Both the position numbers and the translations under genes were made by a program. Below the pieces are notes generated by a model. It searched no databases, was not told the DNA's origin, and saw only the letters and a program-made list of their open reading frames with translations. Source: Octopus sinensis (lineage: Eukaryota). From it: a stretch of DNA of 64,000 nucleotides. Below are positions 54,890 through 64,000 of the stretch, in pieces; the first letter of the stretch is position 1; each line of letters opens with the position of its first letter. The DNA is taken from assembly GCF_006345805.1 (NCBI RefSeq), contig NC_043012.1, positions 51,212,001 to 51,276,000 on the forward strand, in the 5' to 3' direction.

Positions 54890-55475
54890 TATATATAGAT
54901 ATATGTGTGTATGTATATGTGTGTGTAGTGTTTTATTTTTCTACTCTTTTGCATGTATTCAAAAACACGCATACACACACGGACACATATACACACACAC
55001 ATATGTATGCGTGTGTGTGTATGTGTGCGTGTACATGCATGCGTCACTAAGTATGAAATCTGCATGTATATAATTTCCTGTTTTAATAGATAAAGAATTT
55101 TTGTCTCTTGGCTCTTATTGTAGATCTATCAATTGAGATCGATAGAATAATAGATAGACTGATATTATTACACCCGATTGAAGACTAATAAGACTGTATC
55201 CAGCCGAGTCGAAGTCGAATGGCGAAACTAATTAAAATAACACCAGGATAAAAGTTGTCGTAAAATATATATTGAACATCTCGATAGCACAACAGAAATT
55301 ATATTTGAACGCTTGTTTCTATTAATCATCATTTCAATTGACTTGAATTTACAAAATTAAGAAGTAACATCGTACTATTTACTTTTCAATGATACAGACA
55401 ATGTGTATATTTATTAATTCATGGATTGATTAATTAAATGATTGTTTATCGATTTCCAATAATGACATATGACCT

Positions 55476-55506
<31 letters not shown>

Positions 55507-55529
55507 GTATGCTTTCGGTGCGAATGGTT

Positions 55530-55593
<64 letters not shown>

Positions 55594-56151
55594 AGCGATG
55601 TGTCTTTTCACACTCAGAAATACCAACACACATATAAATCATGGGAGTGGTTCCAGTGTGGGGATTTATCATGAAATTAATCAGATAATGAAGAGCGGCA
55701 ACTTAGATATACAAGGAGAAAATGTAAATAATCCATTACGTTGAACACGGTGGTTACTTTACGTGCTATACAACCGATAAAAACAGATCCATTTTGTATT
55801 TAATATAAAACAGTAAGAAGAGTGTGCGATATATTCCATAAGGATCATTCTTCATGACTGTGGTGAAAAGAGAAAGGTATGTGTAATTTCTATAAGAACT
55901 TTGATTCCAATACAGTTAGTGATTTCTTTAGATATCAGCAAGTGGAGTTCAGTAGAAATGAAGCGATGTGGTATATATGTATATATGTATACATACATAT
56001 ATATTATAAATAAGGGCACAGAAATTTTTCTTTGCCTATATGCTGAAAAGAAACGCTAAATCGTCGAACCAGATTAAATATCTTCACTATTATTATAACA
56101 CACGTGTCGAAACGAGGAAGCAAGCTAACAGAAATTGATAAAATTCATAAA

Positions 56152-56197
56152 AGGCGGCAAGCTGACAGGAACGTTAGCACGCCGGGTGAAATGCTTA
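56152..56197 (+). mobile_element. SINE family 1 head fragment interrupted by a family 3 SINE
   Basis: AGGCGGCAAGCTGACAGGAACGTTAGCACGCCGGGTGAAATGCTTA matches the 5' end of the 20516-20750 copy. Confidence 0.8.
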
Positions 56198-56420
56198 CTC
56201 TTTTACTCTTTTACTTATTTCAGGTATTTGACTGCGGCCATGCTGGGGCACCGCCTATAGTCGAGCAAATCGACCCCAGGACTTATTCTTTGTAAGCGTA
56301 GTACTTATTTTATCTGTTTCTTTTGCCGAACCGCTAACTTATGGGGACGTAAACACACCAGCACCGGTTGTCAAGCGATGTTAGGGGGACAAACACAGAC
56401 ACACAAACACAGACACAGAA

Positions 56421-56458
<38 letters not shown>

Positions 56459-56622
56459 GCATATATATTAAGGGAATCTTTCAGTTTCCGTCTACCACTC
56501 ACAATGTTTTGGTCGGCCCGAGGCTATAGTAGAAGACACTTGCCCAAGGTGCCACGCAGTGAGAATGAACCCGAAACCATTTGGCTGGTAAGCAAACTAC
56601 TTACCTCACAGCCACTCTTACG

Positions 56623-56624
<2 letters not shown>
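56198..56624 (-). mobile_element. Full-length SINE family 3 with central microsatellite
   Basis: Reverse-complement match to 47715-48045; (CTTTTA)n tail at the left end. Confidence 0.92.
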
Positions 56625-56689
<65 letters not shown>

Positions 56690-56740
56690 ATATATATATA
56701 TTTATACATGTTTATATATATATACACATATGTGTGTGTG

Positions 56741-56912
56741 TGTACTTGCTTGCCAACCACATGGGTTCAGTTCCACTGTATGGCACCTTGGGCAAGTGTA
56801 TTCTACTATAGCCTCGGGCCGACCAAAGCCTTGTAGGTCGATTTGATCGACTAAAAGCGGTGCTCCAGCATGACCACAGTCAAATGACTGATACAAATAA
56901 ACGACTAAAAGA
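56741..56912 (+). mobile_element. SINE family 3, centrally deleted
   Basis: Head ...CGGGCCGACCAAAGCCTTGT joins directly to the tail AGGTCGATTTGATCGACTAAAAGCGGTGCTCCAGCATG. Confidence 0.85.
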
Positions 56913-56965
56913 GAGTTATACATATGCATATGGAGTAAAATATATTTCCCAATAGGTGTTACTTG

Positions 56966-57149
56966 ATTTTTAGCCCCAGGAAACATCATTTCTAGCTGGC
57001 TATCAACCAATTGTTTCTGAGTTATTTATCTTTATCGGTTCAGGATCGACTTTGGGTAGATGTGGAAACACAAGGCCTTCCTCGACGTATCAGGACGCAG
57101 CGATGCGTCGGTACCCAGCTCGAAAGCATATTTTCCTGGGGGCTAAAAT
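56966..57149. mobile_element. MITE-like ~180-bp element with ~33-bp imperfect terminal inverted repeats
   Basis: TTTTAGCCCCAGGAAACATCATTTCTAGCTGG vs CCAGCTCGAAAGCATATTTTCCTGGGGGCTAAAA. Confidence 0.6.
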
Positions 57150-57269
57150 AGATAGTATTATTGTCCTAATCAGGATTGCCACTTTACGATGTCAAATACA
57201 CTTTACTCTATAGTACTGTTACTACGTATTTCTCGCTCAGAGCTTCAAAACTAATTGTTTTTTCTCCTT

Positions 57270-57300
<31 letters not shown>

Positions 57301-57475
57301 TATAAGTTTATGTAAGTTAACATACAAATTTCCGCACGAAAGCACGTAGTCTATGCCCTAGGGACGTAACTTCAACCGTGTTCTTTCTGATGTGAATTTG
57401 CTACCCAGGTATCGGATATCTTTCGAATTATCCTTAATAAGATAATTCATTCAACTATTCAAATATTTATATATA

Positions 57476-57549
<74 letters not shown>

Positions 57550-57599
57550 ATATATATGTATATATATATAATATATTATATATTAACATATATATATAT

Positions 57600-57632
<33 letters not shown>

Positions 57633-57689
57633 CTATATAATTATATTATATATGTATGTATGTATATATGTATATGTATATATATATAT

Positions 57690-57865
57690 TTCTGTGACGG
57701 GATTCTCTCAGTTCGTCTACCGAAGCAACTCAGGACGCTTTGATTGAACTGAAGCTATAGAGCAAGACACTTGTAGTTGTCTAAGATTTCATGTAGTGGA
57801 GCTGACCATTGACCATTGGACTATGTCGTTGGAAAGTTAGCTTCTTACCACACAGCCAGGCTCCA
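57690..57865 (-). mobile_element. Degenerate SINE family 3, 5' half
   Basis: GTTCGTCTACC...GCTATAGAGCAAGACACTTG...CTTCTTACCACACAGCC. Confidence 0.65.
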
Positions 57866-57949
57866 TATATATCTAAAAGCGTAGACACATATTTGTACGT
57901 GTTTGCATATGTATTACTATCTTTATATACATATATGTATGTATGAATG

Positions 57950-57990
<41 letters not shown>

Positions 57991-58142
57991 GAATATTTTC
58001 GTACACAAGTGAACCGTCTCTAACAGGTGGTAAATACTATTTAGTGAAAGCTCATTGACAGTGTGTCCGTGTATACATATGTGTGAGTGTGTGTATGTCT
58101 GTGTATATATGTGAATATGCTTATGCATGGATGTATTTACAT

Positions 58143-58201
<59 letters not shown>

Positions 58202-58974
58202 CACATACATATACATACATATGCGTATGTGTGTGTATGTGCCTACATAGGTATATACCTATGCATATTTGTTTATATATATATATATGAATGTGTACAA
58301 CACAAATACATGTGTGTGGGTCTATGCGTGTGTGCCTGTTTGCATATTTATTTTTCTGCGGATAATTTGGCGTATGGCGCTCTTTCGATTTATGTATTTT
58401 CAACTTAATTTAAAGCTGATGGCAGATTCATTCAAATTTCTCTCACTGTCTTCAATTTTCATTACGGTAAGAATCTATTGAACTATGATGAATTAGATAA
58501 ATTTATTTACATTTCTAGCCATATAAGAAAAAAATATATTTACAAAAATAAATAGAATTCCATTTGAGAGACATTTCCGAAACTTAAAAATAAATATTAT
58601 ATATATAATACAGACAATATTGTTGTCAGTGAATCAGTTGGTAAGATACAAAAAGCTTCAAGATTTCAAGTTTCAATTGAATAATGAATATCATGTCTAT
58701 GTGTATGATCTTATATTGCCTTCAAATCCTATTTATTTTGTTCCTAAAGAATACAGTCCGCTCTTATATCAGCGTCTGATATACATTATCTTTTTATCCA
58801 GCAAAAGGTGTTGTTTTTTTCATTTAAATACATATATGTATGATATCTTTACTTTTATTATTGTTCAGACTGAAGTTGAGAATGTGTCTGACGTCACGGG
58901 TTTTGAAGACCGGTGCAGCCGGTACGAAACTTGCCACACCGGCCAAGTTTCATATATATATATGTATGTGTGTG

Positions 58975-59100
58975 TGTGTGTCTGTGTGTCTGTGTATGTC
59001 GTCCAACAATCGGTTGACAACCGATGTTGGTGTGTTTATGTTCCTGAAGTGTTGCAGTTTGGCCTATGACTCCGATACAATAAGCATTAGGCTTACAAAT
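58975..59100 (+). mobile_element. Degenerate SINE family 3, 3' half
   Basis: ATCGGTTGACAACCGATGTTGGTGTGTTTA...TAGGCTTACAAA. Confidence 0.65.
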
Positions 59101-59560
59101 GATTGGTTCTGTTTTGGGGGATTTATATGTTCTGTAGTTTAGTGATTTTATAACTTATACGGTTTTCAGACGCTTTTTCTTTTTGTTAGAAGGCTACATC
59201 CATTTCACGTCTGAGTGTGATTGAAAATATTTGTTGACAGAATCTGCAAGAAAACTTGAGCTCAAAGTTACCAATATTTTTCTCAAAATGACAATGATTC
59301 TCTTACTGTTGTGTTATAGAATTCTAATTGAATAAGTACTTTCGACCAAATTGCTTCATGGGAGAGAAATTGTTGAGTGGCTTTAAATTTTCTATTGTAA
59401 TGTATCATGCTTGATGCAATACTGTTGAAGATTCTCTTGGGTGAAATGATGTTAAATGGTGTGTTATACTACATGTATACGGTATACATGCGCTATGAAT
59501 TATTCTTCATATAGCTGATTGCTTTTACAAGTAAGCCACGAACTCGACATTAGGCTGGAA

Positions 59561-59815
59561 GTGGCAAAACGTGGCTTAGTGGTTAGGCTGTTGCACTCTT
59601 GATCGTAAGATTTTCGTTTCGATTCCTGGACCGGTCGATACGTTGTGTTCTAGAGCAAGACAGCTCATTGCACGTTGCTCCAGTCAACTCAGCTCGTAAA
59701 AATGAGTGATCCTGCGACGGACACGGACCCCGTCCGGGGGGGTGGGTGATATATATGCTACTAAAACTGGGAAGGCCGGCCTTTATGTGTCGGCATGACT
59801 TTACTTTATTTTACT
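59561..59815 (+). mobile_element. tRNA-derived SINE, family 4, with V-domain-like motif
   Basis: TGGCTTAGTGG A box, TTCGATTCC B box, GCTCCAGTCAACTCAGCT..AAAAATGAGT, CCTGCGACGGAC...CCCGTCCGGGG, (CTTTA)n tail. Confidence 0.75.
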
Positions 59816-60179
59816 TTTTTTAATTAGGCTGGATTCATCTTATCTTTCGTATTTTACGAACGTGGTATTAATAAACAACTCCTCCTCAAACATTTGTTTG
59901 CGTACAGCCAGTTCCAGCGTGAAAAGAATTTCACAATGCCTGTTCATAGGATTTCCTGAAACATTGTTAGCTATGACTTTATGTAAATACACGCATACGC
60001 ACGCACATACATACGCTTATGCACACACATGCACATACATACACGCGCACGCGCACATATACGCGCGTGCGCGCGCGCATACACACACACACAGACACGC
60101 AATAGCGTGCACACATAGACACACACAACACACACACTCACACAATCACGCACATACACACGCACGGACAGACACACAC

Positions 60180-60350
60180 ATCTACGACGAACTTTTTAAG
60201 TTTCCATCTGACAAGTCCACTGACAAGGCCTTGGTCAGCCAGACGTTGTAGAAGAAGACAAGATGCCATGCAGTGTCCAAGATGCCATGCAGTGGGATCG
60301 AACACGAAAGTATATGGCTGGGAAGGAATTTTCTTACATCACTGCCTCAT
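60180..60350 (-). mobile_element. Degenerate SINE family 3, 5' half, with 19-bp internal duplication
   Basis: TTTCCATCTGACAAGTCCACT...CAAGATGCCATGCAGTG x2...GGGATCGAAC. Confidence 0.7.
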
Positions 60351-60519
60351 CTATTAATATATTCTTTGTATTTATGATACGTTCTACGTTGATAACGCAA
60401 CGTGAACTTAGGTATATGACAGTTAAAACCTAACATTTCTAAGAATATCAATGATAATGAAATTGGTTCTCAGAACGCACCATTTTTCAGGTAAGTCGCC
60501 TCCACACACACACACACAC

Positions 60520-60562
<43 letters not shown>

Positions 60563-61093
60563 TTCATCTGTCCCTCTTTTCCTCTCTCTTCTCCTCACAC
60601 GTGACTAACCGACCGATTGACGGCCTTTTCGTGGTCAGCAGCCGCCGCGGCAAGACATTTTTTTTCTATCTTTGCCCCAAGGTATTTTTCTAATGCGCCA
60701 GCTCAAAGTTCACTCGTCTTGTCGAAAAGACGCTTGTCTGTGACGTCCTGTTATTGTTATTATTATTATCATTATTGTTTTTACGTAGTTCCATATTCTT
60801 ATTCGTGTTATCATTATTGTTTTTACGTATTTTTGTATTCTTGTTCGTGTAACATCGTCCGTTTTCCCGTCCTTGTTTTGTATACATTCGAGGCTTTCTT
60901 CCAAGGAATCTAACGCGCTTGCCTTAGATTTTCCTTTGGGGCTGGCCAGGTCGGAGCAATCTCAAGATTAATCAGCCGAAATTGCGAGGATGATACGGTT
61001 CTTGACTGAAGATTGAAGGCTTCGAATGGCCCGTCCGTGTTTTTTGTATCGTCTTCTAAATGTTTTGCGTTCTTGTCCCAGTTTGTATTTTTT

Positions 61094-61166
<73 letters not shown>

Positions 61167-61170
<4 letters not shown>

Positions 61171-61443
61171 AATGGCCCAGTGGTTAGGGCAGCGGACTTG
61201 CGGTCGGAGGATCACGGTTTCGATTCCCAAACCGGGCGTTGTTTGTGTTTATTGAGCGAAAACGCCTAAAAAACTCCACGAGGCTCTGGCAGGGGGTGGT
61301 GATCCCTGCTGTATTCTTTCACCACTCTTTCTTCTTAGCCAGCGGGGTGGCGTCGTTCGAAGGCTAAAAACAATGCGAACGCATTGTGACCAGCGATGTG
61401 TAGCAACATCTGATGGTCTGGTCAGTCACGCGATCAAGTGATA
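61167..61443 (+). mobile_element. SINE family 2 with an alternative 3' tail
   Basis: First ~160 nt nearly match 26094-26253; the remainder is unrelated to the 26088 copy. Confidence 0.9.
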
Positions 61444-63199
61444 TATATATAAATATTCATATACTTATATATATGCAGACTTGTATGTGTGTATACACAA
61501 CGATCTTATATTTCCTATGTTTCCATCTGCTAAGTCCATTCACAAAAATCAGCTCAGCTCAAGTTTACAGTCGAAAACACTTACCCAAGGAGGGCGCAGT
61601 GGGACTTGACTTCCATCCTCCTCTAACTAAAGCATAGAATATCAAAAATATGTTGTAGCTTTAAGTTGACTAGCATCAGAAGTACTACTATATTAAAACA
61701 CCGCTACTTTCATGTCTATTGGTCAGTGATAAAAATCCTGTTATTTTACTAGAGAGCGTTCTCTCTTCATGCGGTTTGTAGCTTTTATTGTTCTGTACCC
61801 TCTTTAAATTATGCTAATTTCATTCTTGCTTTTAACATTTTTTTAACTGAGACAATATAGAATATGATATGTGGGGCTCAAGGATGAAATACTAAGACCG
61901 TGACCTAATTTTAAATTGTACTGAGTAGACCAACGTTCCAAAAGTTCGGGTTCCGTGGAGACTTTATTTGAATAAAATGAGTCTCTAGTATTGAAATAGT
62001 TAGGAGCTGCTGTCATAGATTTTGCAGTAGTAACTAAATTTCTATTTGCCTTCGTTTGGGTTCTTGACATAATATACTTAACTAAAAGGTGATCAAGCTA
62101 CTTGATCCGTATAATGGGATAATATCAGTTAAGCAAAGTATATCATTAAATAATGAATGCTTGATTATATTACGAGGTAGAAGAAAACAACATTTTATAT
62201 AGTCTGATTTATGAATGTAATTCGTTTTGGCAGAGACATTAATAAAATACGACAAACTGTGACAGAGACTAATCTAAAATTAATTTTAATTCGAAGCAAA
62301 AGAAAACGACGTGAAATCTGAATGGAGTTTCTTACTCACGTTGTTTGGCAACCAACTAACTATATCCTAATAGTTAGCAATCTAATGGACAGGAAACTCT
62401 TTCTTTTTATATAAGATATAATTAGAATCTTAGACCAGAACAATGTGTAGGTTTAATATTTTATAAAATTGCAATCTAGGTTCGTATATGAAATGCAAAC
62501 TGGTGGAATTCAAATATGCTCTTTGAAAACTAATATCAATACCTCTACATGTTTAGATGAATAAGTCCTATGAAGTTGTGGATGGTTCAAAAGAAGTTCA
62601 AAGCTATAATTAGAGTTAAAGTGGTGGGCAAATATCTTCACATTTAATGAACACCGAATTATCCAACTTAGGAGAGAAGTAGATCATGTGTGCCTTAGAA
62701 AAGTAATTTCATTCCGTTTGGAATATCTCCACGGTGAAGTAAAAAATCTGACACGTTAAGATAAATAGTATGTATTCGTTATGATGTAAAAAGTTTAAAT
62801 AAGCAAAGACATTTGTGGGTTTCAATTATTACAAGACTGACAGGCATTTGTATTTACTCGTTATATATTATAAATTTACAATTCAGAACGATTTAAAATA
62901 TTTGGTAGAAACATTAAGTTGAGGTGGTATTATTTTACGCGTTATTATATTTAAAACTGTATGTAATGCAAACGACGTCCGTACTTGAGGAACGGTGACG
63001 CAAACATTTCGGGAATTAGTCTCTTACTCTGATAAAGTAGATGATAAAATGAGTGTGGTCGCAGGACCGTTGATGTTGGTGTGATGACTGCTTTTGAGAG
63101 GCAAATGAAATTTACCTGCAATATGGGAGCATTTCAGGGTATCATTGATATTTTTTCGTGTATTCCCTGCAGTTATGGGGAAAAGGTATAACTGGGCGT

Positions 63200-63745
<546 letters not shown>

Positions 63746-63911
63746 TACTACACTGTGATACAAAAATTCGATACTGAAGTACGAGGAGATAAATATTATT
63801 TACAGTCCTATATTTAATGGATCAGGAGTTATGTATATTATTTACATTATTTACATTATTTACATTTGACGGATATTTTTTGTCCTCATTTTGTTTGTTG
63901 CTAACGGTTAT

Positions 63912-64000
63912 ATGGCGTAGTGGTTAAAAGTGCGGGCTACTAACCACAAGATTCCGAACTCAATTCCAGGCAGTGATCCGAATAATAATAATAATAATAA
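63912..64000 (+). mobile_element. tRNA-like SINE head followed by (AAT)n, cut by the window end
   Basis: TGGCGTAGTGG A box, anticodon-like loop CTACTAA, degenerate B box GAACTCAATTCC, no intact cloverleaf 3' end. Confidence 0.65.

Overview
AT-rich, microsatellite-saturated eukaryotic DNA with no host protein-coding gene that I can support. The SINE repertoire and repeat landscape look like an octopod cephalopod genome (inference from recognition, not a database result). Nearly all ORFs in the supplied track are translations of (TA)n/(CA)n/(TATG)n/trinucleotide repeats. The real coding signal is decayed transposons: four DD34D mariner remnants, one DD37D (maT), one DD41D, a Tc1-type N-terminal half, a Ty3/Gypsy derivative, a Penelope-like retroelement ending in RT, two CR1/L2-type LINE fragments and many tRNA-derived SINEs of at least four families. 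The most unusual structures are: (1) a Gypsy remnant whose 5' end is replaced by an inverted copy of a PPT+LTR 3' end; (2) two diverged mariner copies with the same internal deletion junction; (3) two fold-back palindromes about 400 bp apart at 46-47 kb; (4) a TSD-flanked 552-bp non-coding insert; (5) several hammerhead-like and pre-miRNA-like hairpin candidates, all needing computational tests.
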